From: Pseudogracilibacillus sp.
GTDB lineage: Bacteria; Bacillota; Bacilli; Bacillales; Amphibacillaceae
Length of the DNA: 64,000 nucleotides
NCBI GenBank assembly: GCA_035301645.1
Contig: DATGTX010000026.1
Span: 805 to 64,804 of the forward strand
Reading direction: 5' to 3'
Position 1 is the first letter of the stretch; every line of letters starts with the position of its first letter. The position numbers and the translations under genes were made by a program. The notes under the pieces were generated by a model. It was not told where the DNA came from. It worked only from the letters and a program-made list of their open reading frames with translations, and did no database searches. Below, piece by piece: positions 9,566 through 20,397 of the stretch.

Positions 9566-12500
9566 TTAAATTAATAATTCTTTATCAAAAAAGTAAAGGT
9601 AAGTTTTTTTCACTTCTCGGTCCAAGATAGATTCTATCGCTTGCTTATATAAATTAGTTTGTACTTCGTAACGTGCTTTTAACTCCGTTATCGTCTTTTC
9701 TGTAACAAGTTTCTCAGTAATTATATCTGTTTTATAATCGACAATATACCACTCATTTTCGTACTTAAATAAGCAATCAATGATACCTTGAACAACAACT
9801 TTTTCGTCTGTGTCACTTTGCCAGTCTTGATAAATAACACTTGCTTTTTGTGTGAACATAAAAGGTATCTCTTTTTCTAAATTAGTGCTCTCTAACATTT
9901 TCTTTGCTAAATCTGTTTGAAAAAATCGTTCTATTGCTTCTATATCTATAGTCATTGCTGCCTCTAGCAAAATTAAACTTTTTTCTACCATTTCGTCTAC
10001 ATATTTTTTAATCTCTTGTTTTGTTAATTTTTGGTCAAAAGGTAAGTACTGCATCACAGCATGCATCGCCGTACCTTTTTCGGCTGAGGTTAATTCTTTT
10101 TTTACTTGCATAAACAAAGGTCGTTTCGTGATGGGTGATCTAAATGGTTTTAAGACATCACGTGAACTATATAAGTCTTCAATTTCTTGTTGACGTTTTA
10201 TCTCTGTAACACTTTGTTTAGCGCGTGTGTTAACCGCTTCTCTATAGGGATAAGTATAACTTAAACGTTTATCTATCTCTGCATTAATATCTTCATTTTC
10301 CACTTCTAAAGGTTTCCAACTTTGAATTGCCTCTGAAACTTCTTTTGAAGATTGAACTTGTTCTTCAGTTTCTACATTCAGTTCGCTCGCATGCATTATT
10401 TCTACTTTCCAGTTTGATTCATCTTTAAGTATATCAACATTAACCGTTTCAGCTTCGGTGGTCATTCTTAAAATTTCTGTATCTTCATGACGAATAATTG
10501 ATTGTCCAATCCAATCGAGATAACTTTTTGCTGACTTTCTTTCATGCGTCGGTAAAATCCATGCCTCTTCTTCAATGACACCATGCCATTTTCCAACAGC
10601 TTTTTCGAGTGAATTTACATTCCCAGTCAGAACTAATTTTTCTTTTGCTCGTGTCATAGCAACATAGAGTACTCGCATTTCTTCTGCTATTAATTTTCTT
10701 TTAACTTCTGTTTGCAGCGCTCTATAATAAAGCGTTGCATACGTTATCCTTTTTTCTGGATCAATAAATTTACTAGCAAATCCTAAGTCTTTATCTAGCA
10801 AATATTTTTTCCGTAAATCCATAAAATTAAAATTCTTACTAATATTTCCGACGATGACAACTGGGAATTCTAAACCTTTACTCTGATGAATAGACAAAAT
10901 TTTCACGACATCTTCTTGCTCACTTAGAGCAGGTGCTGTGCCTAAATCTTTGTCTAATTCTTTCATACGTTCAATAAATCGTAAAAATCTAAATAAACCA
11001 CGGTAAGATGATTTTTCATAGCCTTTCGCCCGGTCATAAAGTGCTCTTAAATTTGCTTGTCTTTGCCTACCGCCTGGAATTCCTCCAACAAAATCATAGT
11101 AAGCTGTTTCCCCATAAATACGCCAAATTAATTCAGGTAATTCACCTTCTTTAGCAATATTTTTAAATAATGTTATTTGGTCTAGTAGTCTTTCAATTTT
11201 ATCTGTAATCTCATCTTGATTAAGTCTTTTGTATTCATGTAGTGCTTCATAATAAGTACTTTTAGGTTTTAAAATTCTCACTTTTGCTAATTGTTCTTCG
11301 TTTAAGCCAACAATCGGAGAATGTAAAACTGAAGCTAATGGGATATCTTGATATGGATTATCAATAACCCTCAACATGTTTAACATGACTTGAATTTCAA
11401 TTGCTTCAAAATAACCTGTTTTTAACTCTCCATAAACAGGAATACCCTGTTTTTTTAATTCATCAACTATTACTGAAACATCTGTTTTAGAACGTTGTAA
11501 AATGACGATATCTCGGTATTGTATGTCACGCTGTTGTTTAGTTTCTGAATCAATCACTTGTAAAGGAGGTGTATCTTCTGTTCCTAACCATTCTTTAATT
11601 TTCTTCGCATAAGCACGACCTTCAGTTTGAGCTTTTTCTAATTCTACCTTTTCATCATTTTCTTCATATCCTTGGGCATCTCGGTCAATTAAAATAAGCT
11701 CTGTCTTTTCATTTAATAAGGGTGCTTCATCATATGAATCATTTGCATAAATTAATTCGGCCGCTTCATCATAAGTGATTTCGCCGACAGCTTCATCTAA
11801 GATTTGCCTAAAAACATAATTAGTCCCCGTTAAAACATCAGCTCGGCTTCTAAAGTTTCGGGCGAGGTCGATTTTTTTACCTAGTTCAGGGTTATCTGAA
11901 AATACTTTATATTTTTCAAGAAACAGCGTAGGGTCAGCATGCCTAAACCTATAAATACTTTGCTTCACATCGCCTACCATAAAACGATTACCTTTGTGGG
12001 AATCATCACTAACAAGTGAAATAATTGTTTCTTGAACGTGGTTAATATCTTGATACTCATCAACTAACACTTCTTTAAATTTATTTTGATATTCTATTGC
12101 TACGCGCGACGGAATAATTTTATCTGGCGTTGAGGCTTCATCTTTTAAAATCATCAAACTATAATGTTCTAAATCAGAAAAATCAATAATCGTTTTTGCT
12201 TGTTTAGCTTTAGTGAATCTTTCACTAAATTCTAAGACCAATTCGATAACTGTTTTGATAACAGGATACATTTCCTGCATATCTGATACATGACCAGCTA
12301 AACTTCTCGAAAACCAATCTTCAGAGACTTTTTTCCAGTTGTCTTGATAAATTTTCCTTATTTGTTTCACTTTATCCTTTTTATCTTCATTACATTCAAT
12401 TTTTTTTCCAGATAAACGCTTAAATTTACTTGTTTTCATATAACTTTGTAATTCATCCCAATGAACTAACTTTTCAAGTGCTTCTTGGATTAATAATTGA

Positions 12501-13267
12501 TCAGCTTGGATTGCTTCTGCATAATGATAAGGACCATCGCTTGTATTTATTACATCCATTGCCATTTCTGTTCCTTTCAACATGGAATGTAATTCTTCTG
12601 TTAAGTCATCTTTTAGCAATGTTAACCAAGACAAGCTCTCTTCTTGCCAATCTTTGGGGATGTAGTAGTTTTCTGCTACTTGATTTAACCATTCTTCAGG
12701 CCAGGGATTTTGAACAGCAAACGTATATAAATTAATAATTAATTCACCAAGTTCTAAATCATTTCGGTCATTTGAAAAACGATCCACTACTGCGAAAAAT
12801 GCTTCACGCTCACTTTCTTCCTTTCCATACCAATCTTCAAACATTTGATCTATGACGTCTTCTTTAATCAACGTTGCTTCAATATCATCTGTTAAACTAA
12901 ATTCTGGATCTAAATCAAGAAGATAAGCATTCTCTCTCACAATTTTCATACAAAAAGAGTGTAAGGTTGAAATAGAAGCGTGTTGTAAAAGTGATAGCTG
13001 TCTTTTTAATTGCTGAGAGGTGGGATCCTCTGTGAGTGCTTTTTCTAACATTTCACCTATTCGGTTACGCATTTCGGCTGCTGCTGCATTTGTAAAAGTC
13101 GCAACGAGCATCTCATCAATATTTAAAGGATTTTCTTTATTAATGACTTTCTGAATAATTCGTTCTACTAAAACAGCCGTTTTACCTGACCCAGCTGCTG
13201 CCGAAACAAGAATATCTGACCCATCATAATAAATAGCTTCAGCTTGTTCTTCTGTCCATTTAACCAT
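9566..13267 (-). CDS. addA: ATP-dependent helicase/nuclease subunit A
   Basis: AAAGSGKT, VDEYQD, VGDVKQSIYRFR, YVAMTRA, C-terminal IDC..DYKT nuclease. Confidence 0.98.
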   Translation of the reverse strand: MVKWTEEQAEAIYYDGSDILVSAAAGSGKTAVLVERIIQKVINKENPLNIDEMLVATFTNAAAAEMRNRIGEMLEKALTEDPTSQQLKRQLSLLQHASISTLHSFCMKIVRENAYLLDLDPEFSLTDDIEATLIKEDVIDQMFEDWYGKEESEREAFFAVVDRFSNDRNDLELGELIINLYTFAVQNPWPEEWLNQVAENYYIPKDWQEESLSWLTLLKDDLTEELHSMLKGTEMAMDVINTSDGPYHYAEAIQADQLLIQEALEKLVHWDELQSYMKTSKFKRLSGKKIECNEDKKDKVKQIRKIYQDNWKKVSEDWFSRSLAGHVSDMQEMYPVIKTVIELVLEFSERFTKAKQAKTIIDFSDLEHYSLMILKDEASTPDKIIPSRVAIEYQNKFKEVLVDEYQDINHVQETIISLVSDDSHKGNRFMVGDVKQSIYRFRHADPTLFLEKYKVFSDNPELGKKIDLARNFRSRADVLTGTNYVFRQILDEAVGEITYDEAAELIYANDSYDEAPLLNEKTELILIDRDAQGYEENDEKVELEKAQTEGRAYAKKIKEWLGTEDTPPLQVIDSETKQQRDIQYRDIVILQRSKTDVSVIVDELKKQGIPVYGELKTGYFEAIEIQVMLNMLRVIDNPYQDIPLASVLHSPIVGLNEEQLAKVRILKPKSTYYEALHEYKRLNQDEITDKIERLLDQITLFKNIAKEGELPELIWRIYGETAYYDFVGGIPGGRQRQANLRALYDRAKGYEKSSYRGLFRFLRFIERMKELDKDLGTAPALSEQEDVVKILSIHQSKGLEFPVVIVGNISKNFNFMDLRKKYLLDKDLGFASKFIDPEKRITYATLYYRALQTEVKRKLIAEEMRVLYVAMTRAKEKLVLTGNVNSLEKAVGKWHGVIEEEAWILPTHERKSAKSYLDWIGQSIIRHEDTEILRMTTEAETVNVDILKDESNWKVEIMHASELNVETEEQVQSSKEVSEAIQSWKPLEVENEDINAEIDKRLSYTYPYREAVNTRAKQSVTEIKRQQEIEDLYSSRDVLKPFRSPITKRPLFMQVKKELTSAEKGTAMHAVMQYLPFDQKLTKQEIKKYVDEMVEKSLILLEAAMTIDIEAIERFFQTDLAKKMLESTNLEKEIPFMFTQKASVIYQDWQSDTDEKVVVQGIIDCLFKYENEWYIVDYKTDIITEKLVTEKTITELKARYEVQTNLYKQAIESILDREVKKTYLYFFDKELLI

Positions 13268-16200
13268 TTAATTTTCTCCTTCCTGATTTATTTCTTTAAT
13301 TTTTTCGAAAATTGTCTCATCATCATATTCATTTAATCGTTTAAAATTATTAGTCTGCAAAGAAGGATCAAATTGACAAACCGATTTAAATGAACAAAAA
13401 GTACAAGCATTTCCTTGTTTATTTTCATACGGGTTTAATTCAACAGAACCTGACGTCATTTCAACTCCAGAACGCACAGTTAATTCTTTGATATAATTCC
13501 TTAATTCTACAAAAGATTGTTCACTCGCAATTTTTGAATTACTATAAAAACTACCATCTTTTTTGAAGCCAACCGGGACTACATCACTTGTTCCGGACTC
13601 AAGTGATGTATCCATTAAGCTTGCCACATCAGGATTTCCAACAATTAATCCTTGCATTTTATAAGCTTTGAAAATGTCTTCTTCAATATCACTTTCTTTA
13701 AAACTTTTTGGTTCAGCAAGCATCGCATTGTGAACATGAAAATAAAGAATACCCGCTTCTTTTGCTTGTTTATTAAGCCATGTAGGCGATTGAGTAAGGA
13801 CTACATCTAAATAAGTCAGCATTTGTAATGCCAAGCCGTAATAGACATCTGTCAAACTCAATCCACGAGAACTTGATTTATAATCAATAATTCTTAAATA
13901 TAACTCTTCATTTTGAACCGCTTGGTCTACACGATCAATTCGCCCTCTAAGTGCTAATTCATAACCATTCGGTAGTTCAATTATACGCGGTTTTAATCCT
14001 TCATCACCAAAACCAAAAGCAAGTTCAATACCTAACACAGAAAAGCCAGTTAAACGAGCTTGTTCACTTAAAATAAATGTTGCTTTTGCAATAATATCTT
14101 CTAGTTTTTGCTGAATATATAAATAACGATTAGAACTCGATAAAATTTGGTGTTGTAAAACAGGACTTAAATGCTTGATCGACTTTTTAGCATAAGCATA
14201 GGCATCATTTTTCGTAACGTCAGCAAAATGCTTATCTTCTTTCTTAACCCACTCAGTAATTATTTTGAGTGCTTCATGGAATAATTGTCCCATGTCTGGT
14301 GCATCTAACGTGTAAGTTCTTCTTTCTTCTAGTTTTAAATTATATTGCAAAAAGTGTTGATAAGAACAACGGTGATAAGTTTCTAGCCTCGAGACACTTG
14401 TTTCTATCTTTTGAGGGTAAAATGCTTCAGTTGTTTCTTTTGATAAGTTAATCGGTTTGTTCTGATAAAATAAACTATCTAAAACTTTTTTTGTTGAATC
14501 ATTCTGGCTCTCTTTGTTTATATACCAATTTAGAACAGAAAACCAAATTTCATCAACAGAATATCCACGCATATACCTAGATAGTTGTGCAGTTAAAGGC
14601 GCTCTTGTTTTTGTTTGAGTTGTGATAAAGCGATTCGCATCTTTTACCTCTTCAGGTTCTTGTAAAAGTGTCGGTTTATTTAAACTAGGAAATAAATCAT
14701 ATAATCGCGTAATCATTTGTGAGGCTATTTTTGCCCTGCCTTCACTATCACTAATAGGATAACTTACCCATAAATAATCAGATACCGATGAAAAGGCATT
14801 ATGCATATAAAACCAATCATCAAGTAATTGTCTTCGACTGCTTGATGCTAATTCTAGCCCATAGATTTTTAAAGTTTCGCGTTCTTGTTCATTAATCATT
14901 CCATCTGTTGGTGGTGTTTTGGGCCAAACGCCTTCATTCACACCTAATAAAAAAGCACATTTTTTATTTGTAATTCTTGAGTGATCAATAGTAGCTACAA
15001 TAATATGATCTAAATTAGGCGGCACATGTGAGAATTCTAAAGATTCAAGACCTGCTTCTAAAATTGATTTAAACATTGACTCACTTACCTGCTCATCACC
15101 TGCAACTTCTACATACTCATCAAGTAATTGTATCAAGGCATCCCACACTTGTTCTTGCTCACGTGCCGTTTCTAACTCGCCTGATTCATCATGCATATAT
15201 CGGGTTTGTTCTAACTGGGTCGGGATATCAAATGATTCAAATAAATTGAATAATATTTCACATTTCTCTCTCACTGTCTTAGCAAGTCTTATATTTTTAT
15301 CAAATGGTCCAAGCGCATTTTTCACTTGATTTCTAAACCTATTTATTTTTTCTTGTTCTTTTAACTCTTTGTCTGTTTGCTTACCATTTGTAAATCCTTG
15401 AAATCTTTGGACACGCCAATCTTCTTTTTGTAACCACTGATTTTTATATCTAATGCCATACTCTAAACAATAATTTTCTAATTTATCGATCGCATCCTCT
15501 GTTAAAGGGTACGCTTCATCGGTAATTGGAATAAACCCTGTTTTAAGTAATCTAAACATATCTTCATAACGCCAATTACTTTCAATTAATTCAAATAATG
15601 AATAAGTTAATTCAATTAAAGGATGATTAAGCATTGATTTTTTTTCATCTATAAAGACAGGTATTTTGTAATCTGAAAATACCGTTTCAATAAGTGAATG
15701 ATACGTACTTGAGTCTCGCATAAAAATAACTAAATCATTATAACGATAGTTATTATCTCTCACCAGCTCCAATATTTTTTGTGCAACACCTTCTACTTCA
15801 GCACGCGTATGCACCGCTTCTGCTACTTCAATGGGTAAATTGACTTCCTGCTTGAATTCGGGTGTCGGCCGAAAATCAAAATTAGTTTCCAAATGTAATA
15901 AAGCAGGACTATCTTTTAAGTAGCTCGATTCATTTGTAAGCACAACAGCTTCCTCTTCAATAATATTGATTTCCTTAGCAAGCATTTTTAGACTTTGATA
16001 CGTCTCTGTTGTTTGATGAAATAAATCAAGTTCGTCTTGGTGTTCTAAATTATCATTATCAACTGTTAAAGCTATCGTTACTTTATCGGCTGTTTCTAAT
16101 AATGACTCTATAATTAATAACTCTTTTGGAGTAAAGCGATAAAAACCATCTATATAAATATGAGATTGCTGTAAAGTCGGGGCATCTTTCAGTTGTGTAG

Positions 16201-16765
16201 CTAACATTTGAAGTTGATCTTCACCGTCTATATATTTATCTTCCATTGCTAATGAAAACTCACTAAAAATATCATAAAGGTCTGTTAACTTATTTGAAAG
16301 TTGGTTTTTATTTTGCACTTGTTCTATATGTTCTATCTGTTCTTTTAAGTTTTCTGGTGTAATACAATGACGTTTAAATTCAGTCATAACGCTTTCTAAT
16401 TCCTCAATAAACCCTTGCTTTTCGATTGCTTTTTGAAAAATTAAAAAAGGCTCATCACGGCGTTCAATGATTTTCCTTAACATCATTTGCATGCCGGTTG
16501 AGCTTATATGTTGTTTAGCCGCACCACTCGTTTCTTGAATAACATGCCAAGCAAGTCTAGAAAAACTAAAGACTTGGGAACGGATACTTCCAATTAATTC
16601 ATCACTTTTAAATAAAGTTTTTTCTTGTTCAAATGTCATTTGTTCTGGGGTGACATAAAAAATGGAAGGGCCTATTGGTTTTTCTTTCAATTCTGTTTTT
16701 ATTTCATCGATTATAAATTCACTTTTTTTAGTACTAACTTTGCCTAAAACAAATCTTAATGTCAT
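13268..16765 (-). CDS. addB: ATP-dependent helicase/nuclease subunit B
   Basis: PEQMTF, FSFSRLAW, GRIDRVD..IIDYKS, four Fe-S Cys (HRCS; CTFCSFKSVC). Confidence 0.98.
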   Translation of the reverse strand: MTLRFVLGKVSTKKSEFIIDEIKTELKEKPIGPSIFYVTPEQMTFEQEKTLFKSDELIGSIRSQVFSFSRLAWHVIQETSGAAKQHISSTGMQMMLRKIIERRDEPFLIFQKAIEKQGFIEELESVMTEFKRHCITPENLKEQIEHIEQVQNKNQLSNKLTDLYDIFSEFSLAMEDKYIDGEDQLQMLATQLKDAPTLQQSHIYIDGFYRFTPKELLIIESLLETADKVTIALTVDNDNLEHQDELDLFHQTTETYQSLKMLAKEINIIEEEAVVLTNESSYLKDSPALLHLETNFDFRPTPEFKQEVNLPIEVAEAVHTRAEVEGVAQKILELVRDNNYRYNDLVIFMRDSSTYHSLIETVFSDYKIPVFIDEKKSMLNHPLIELTYSLFELIESNWRYEDMFRLLKTGFIPITDEAYPLTEDAIDKLENYCLEYGIRYKNQWLQKEDWRVQRFQGFTNGKQTDKELKEQEKINRFRNQVKNALGPFDKNIRLAKTVREKCEILFNLFESFDIPTQLEQTRYMHDESGELETAREQEQVWDALIQLLDEYVEVAGDEQVSESMFKSILEAGLESLEFSHVPPNLDHIIVATIDHSRITNKKCAFLLGVNEGVWPKTPPTDGMINEQERETLKIYGLELASSSRRQLLDDWFYMHNAFSSVSDYLWVSYPISDSEGRAKIASQMITRLYDLFPSLNKPTLLQEPEEVKDANRFITTQTKTRAPLTAQLSRYMRGYSVDEIWFSVLNWYINKESQNDSTKKVLDSLFYQNKPINLSKETTEAFYPQKIETSVSRLETYHRCSYQHFLQYNLKLEERRTYTLDAPDMGQLFHEALKIITEWVKKEDKHFADVTKNDAYAYAKKSIKHLSPVLQHQILSSSNRYLYIQQKLEDIIAKATFILSEQARLTGFSVLGIELAFGFGDEGLKPRIIELPNGYELALRGRIDRVDQAVQNEELYLRIIDYKSSSRGLSLTDVYYGLALQMLTYLDVVLTQSPTWLNKQAKEAGILYFHVHNAMLAEPKSFKESDIEEDIFKAYKMQGLIVGNPDVASLMDTSLESGTSDVVPVGFKKDGSFYSNSKIASEQSFVELRNYIKELTVRSGVEMTSGSVELNPYENKQGNACTFCSFKSVCQFDPSLQTNNFKRLNEYDDETIFEKIKEINQEGEN

Positions 16766-16779
16766 TTCTATCCCTCCAT

Positions 16780-17403
16780 TTAAACTTTTTCTTTAGGCGT
16801 TTTTCGGCTTATTTTACTTTCAATATATTTACCAAAACTCCAAAATATAACGATGCTTATCAACATGATTGTCGTTCTAATTGGACTTTTTGCAAATTCA
16901 TTAATACTCGAACCAATATATGCCATTGAAAAAATCATAATTGATTTACCTAAAATAACTGCTAGGAAAAATTGCAATTTACTAACCTTTGAAATTCCTG
17001 CCACAACATTAATTACAGATGAAGGCGAAAACGGGAAACATAATAAAATAAACAAAGGACCAAACCCATGATGTTCTACCCAACTTGTCACTTTCAAAAC
17101 TGTTTTATTACTTTTAATTTTATTAAATATATTTTTATTACCTAGTTTACGAATAATCAAAAAAACTGCAATAGAACCAAGAGTACTACCTATCCATGAA
17201 TAAATAAACCCTTTAACCAGCCCGTAAGCGAGACTATTAGCAATGACAAATACAAATAAAGGCAAAAACGGAAGAAACGCTTCTATAAAAGGTAAAGATA
17301 CTCCAGGTAATGGACCGAGCTGTTCGTATTTATCGAGTATTTCAAAAACTTTATCAAATAGTTCATGATCAATTAAGTCATTTACTTCGTTTTTTACACT
17401 CAA
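16780..17403 (-). CDS. yhjE: TVP38/TMEM64 (DedA-like) membrane protein, YhjE-like
   Basis: PFIEAFLPFLP, FPFSPSSVINVVAG; position between comK and addB. Confidence 0.85.
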   Translation of the reverse strand: MSVKNEVNDLIDHELFDKVFEILDKYEQLGPLPGVSLPFIEAFLPFLPLFVFVIANSLAYGLVKGFIYSWIGSTLGSIAVFLIIRKLGNKNIFNKIKSNKTVLKVTSWVEHHGFGPLFILLCFPFSPSSVINVVAGISKVSKLQFFLAVILGKSIMIFSMAYIGSSINEFAKSPIRTTIMLISIVIFWSFGKYIESKISRKTPKEKV

Positions 17404-17511
17404 AATAAATACTCCTTTATAATAGCTTTTTATGTAAAATCATCTCTAACTCCTTAATTTTAACATATTTCTTAGTTTTTTAGTTTTTATTTATACTACA
17501 ATTCACTTTTA

Positions 17512-18027
17512 TTACTTATTATCATCAGGATTCCTTCCATAGCTATCAAGCTTTTTTATACGATCATTTAATAAGTAACGAAACTGGGCAGTTCGTTGAA
17601 TTTGATTCATCATCGAGCCATAAGATATATCTAAAGTTATTTTATGACCGTTTTTAAAATGAACCTCTGTCATTTGGTTTTCTGTTGGCTGAATAAAGTC
17701 AATGTGGGAATGAGCAATCCAAGAACAATTCTTATTCCTTGGAGAGGCAGTGGGGAAAAAATACATACCACTTACTGGATCAATTGAGATTGGTGCTTTA
17801 TGAGTAATACCACTAATATCTTTCGTGCCATCTTGACGGCCACGAAGGCTGCTACCAAAATAACGACAAGCGTGGTCAATCATTTTTACAGGAGATTTAT
17901 GAATGAGGTAATCTGCTTCAGATTCGTAGATTTGCGTATTAATGATACCGTCTTCATTTTCAATCGCAAGAACTGCCATTGTTAATGGCGATATTTCATA
18001 CGTATATAATTCATTTTTATTTAACAA
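17512..18027 (-). CDS. comK: Competence transcription factor ComK
   Basis: CRYFGSSLRGR..GT..I.GITHKAPI, YFFPT.SP, C.WI.H.H. Confidence 0.95.
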   Translation of the reverse strand: MLNKNELYTYEISPLTMAVLAIENEDGIINTQIYESEADYLIHKSPVKMIDHACRYFGSSLRGRQDGTKDISGITHKAPISIDPVSGMYFFPTASPRNKNCSWIAHSHIDFIQPTENQMTEVHFKNGHKITLDISYGSMMNQIQRTAQFRYLLNDRIKKLDSYGRNPDDNK

Positions 18028-18143
18028 ATTATTTTCATCCTTCCAATATGTTAAATAAGAAGCTAGAGATTAAAGTTATGATAGCAAACTTTTTAACAAA
18101 AATACATTATTATCCATTATTCTTACTAATTTTGAATTTTTGT

Positions 18144-18172
18144 AAAAAAAAAGCTCCTAAACTTAAGGAGCT
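18144..18172 (-). terminator. Intrinsic terminator after lplJ
   Basis: AGCTCCT..AGGAGCT stem followed by a T run on the minus strand. Confidence 0.8.
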
Positions 18173-19168
18173 CTAATAAATTAGATTTATGAATTCTTCA
18201 TTTGTAATTTTTCCTAGATAATACGGGACATCAATGTCTTTTAATGCTTCTGTAACTGCTTGTTTATCATGTCTTACACCAATTAAGCGTTCTTCTACTT
18301 CTTTAACATCCCCTAAACCAAAGAAATCGCCATAGATTATACAGTTGTCGATAATACCTTTTTTAATATCTAAACGGACATCTAATAATCCTGAAGGAAA
18401 CTTATGTGACGCTTTTACATTATAAGCAGGTGATTTACCATAATTCCATTCCCAGTTTTGATAACGTTCTTTAGAAATCTTATGAATATTCTCCCAATCT
18501 TCTTCACTTAAAACAAACTCTGGTACGTCTTTTACATCATCAACTTCAAAAATTGATTTTAATATAAGTTCTTTAAAGTCTTCGATACTTATTTTTTCTT
18601 CTAAAAATTCTGCAATGTTTGCAACTCTACTTTTAATTGATTTAATCCCTTTAGATTCAATTTTTGCTTGATTAACATTTAAAGCGGATACGATATGTTC
18701 GATATTTGAATCAAGCATTAATGTCCCATGACTGAACATTCTTCCCTTAGTAGAAAATTGAGCGTTACCAGAAAACTTTCTGCCTTCAATGAGTAAGTCA
18801 TTCCTACCAATTAACTCGGCAGGCACACTAATACTGTTCAACGCTTTAACTACAGGCTCTGTGAATTTAGCAAAATTATGGAAGCTATCACCATCATCTT
18901 TTGTTATAAAACTATAATTCAAATTACCTTCGTCATGGTAAACTGCTCCACCACCCGACAATCGTCTAACAACTTTAATACCTTGTTTTTCTACATAGTC
19001 TGTATTAATTTCTTCTATTGAATTTTGATTTCTTCCAACAATTATTGAAGGCTCATTGATATAAAATAATAAATATGTATCTTTTTCACCAAAATTATTT
19101 AACACATATTCTTCTATTGCTAAGTTTATATATGGGTCTGTTATACCTTTATTATCAATAAATTTCAT
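18173..19168 (-). CDS. lplJ: Lipoate-protein ligase
   Basis: NLAIEEY, RRLSGGGAVYHD, GRNDL, KFSGNAQ; start ATG 19168. Confidence 0.95.
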   Translation of the reverse strand: MKFIDNKGITDPYINLAIEEYVLNNFGEKDTYLLFYINEPSIIVGRNQNSIEEINTDYVEKQGIKVVRRLSGGGAVYHDEGNLNYSFITKDDGDSFHNFAKFTEPVVKALNSISVPAELIGRNDLLIEGRKFSGNAQFSTKGRMFSHGTLMLDSNIEHIVSALNVNQAKIESKGIKSIKSRVANIAEFLEEKISIEDFKELILKSIFEVDDVKDVPEFVLSEEDWENIHKISKERYQNWEWNYGKSPAYNVKASHKFPSGLLDVRLDIKKGIIDNCIIYGDFFGLGDVKEVEERLIGVRHDKQAVTEALKDIDVPYYLGKITNEEFINLIY

Positions 19169-19289
19169 GTAAATATCCCCTTGTATAATAATATGTTTAG
19201 GCATCGATCTTTCGCCTAGCGTTTTCACTTTTAGTGTTGATTGATTAATTCTATCTTATGGTATAATTCTTTTTCAGTAAAGCAAAAGT

Positions 19290-20024
19290 CTACTTTTCTT
19301 CCCAGATTAATCCCTCTTCTGCTAAAAAGACATTTCCCTTAAATATACATTTAGCTTCATCTATTAAGTCTTGATTATTACCGTACTGGGGCAAATGACT
19401 CAAAATTAAAGTTTTTACTTTCCCTTTTCTTGCTATTTGGGCTGCTTGTGTGCTTGTCATATGCCCAATATTTAAGTCTTTTTGATAATCATACAAATTC
19501 GTATCAGTGATTAATAAATCAGCATTTTCCGCAAAATCAATCCATTCTTTTTGATAACCTGTGTCAGCAGTATAAACAATTGTTTTTTTACCATCAGTGA
19601 TTCGCATACCATAACAAGAAACTGAGTGAACTGTCTTTAAAAAACTAATTTCAAACGGGCCTATATTTATTTTATTAGTCGGATCATAAGCTATGCCTAA
19701 TGTGTAATCATCAGTTAATTGATTAAATTCTAATTCATTTTCATTATGACCGTAGATCGGTGTTTGTTTCGTTACTCTTCCTAACTGTGCTTCTGTGAGT
19801 AATGCATGTTGTAGTACACCAATATCCGCGATATGATCAGCATGATAGTGTGATAGTACAACAGCATCTATCTCTGTTACATTAAGATAATTTTGAAGCT
19901 TTAATAACCCACCACTCCCCAAATCCAAAACAACTTTACACCCATCCTTTTCTAACAGATATGTTGATGTGGCTTCGTTTGAACCAGGATAACCTCCTCT
20001 AAAACCTATAACTGTTAATTTCAT
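19290..20024 (-). CDS. yhfI: MBL-fold metallo-hydrolase (RNase Z-like) YhfI
   Basis: SHYHADH, YTADTG, GHMT, LSHLP; upstream of lplJ. Confidence 0.92.
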   Translation of the reverse strand: MKLTVIGFRGGYPGSNEATSTYLLEKDGCKVVLDLGSGGLLKLQNYLNVTEIDAVVLSHYHADHIADIGVLQHALLTEAQLGRVTKQTPIYGHNENELEFNQLTDDYTLGIAYDPTNKINIGPFEISFLKTVHSVSCYGMRITDGKKTIVYTADTGYQKEWIDFAENADLLITDTNLYDYQKDLNIGHMTSTQAAQIARKGKVKTLILSHLPQYGNNQDLIDEAKCIFKGNVFLAEEGLIWEEK

Positions 20025-20061
20025 ATTTTATACCTCCTAAAATATATTATTATAAAAAGAG

Positions 20062-20090
20062 TTGACTTTGTTTTTCTGTTATAGTACACT
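20062..20090 (+). promoter_or_regulatory. Putative sigma-A promoter of yhfH
   Basis: TTGACT-17 bp-TACACT. Confidence 0.65.
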
Positions 20091-20169
20091 TGGTTTAGAA
20101 CTTAAAAGAGTCTGAATATTAGAAGTATTCATTCCGTAAATATGCATATATCCTAAAGGAGGCCTACAA

Positions 20170-20298
20170 ATGATTAATGTATTAGAATTCTTTAGAAACT
20201 TACCTAAGAAATCATGCCAACAATGTGGTTATGAAATGGTTGAACAAGCTGATTGTTATGTGAATGTTTGTGATGACTGTAATCATCCTACTCGCTAA
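20170..20298 (+). CDS. yhfH: YhfH-family small Cys-rich protein, 42 aa
   Basis: Not in ORF track; MINVLEFFRNLPKKSCQQCGYEMVEQADCYVNVCDDCNHPTR, AAGGAGG SD, divergent from yhfI as in B. subtilis. Confidence 0.92.
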   Translation: MINVLEFFRNLPKKSCQQCGYEMVEQADCYVNVCDDCNHPTR

Positions 20299-20364
20299 TA
20301 ATTATCATTCAATACATTTTGACAATATAAGTCTATTATAATAAGACTTCCTTTCCTAATTGAT

Positions 20365-20397
20365 GCAATTACTATTAATTTAGTAATTGCCTTTTTT
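20365..20397 (+). terminator. Intrinsic terminator after yhfH
   Basis: GCAATTACTA-TTAATT-TAGTAATTGC-CTTTTTT. Confidence 0.75.

Noticed and set aside
18028-18143. ComK K-box upstream of comK
   Set aside because: Only single imperfect AAAA-N5-TTTT half-sites, expected by chance in AT-rich DNA
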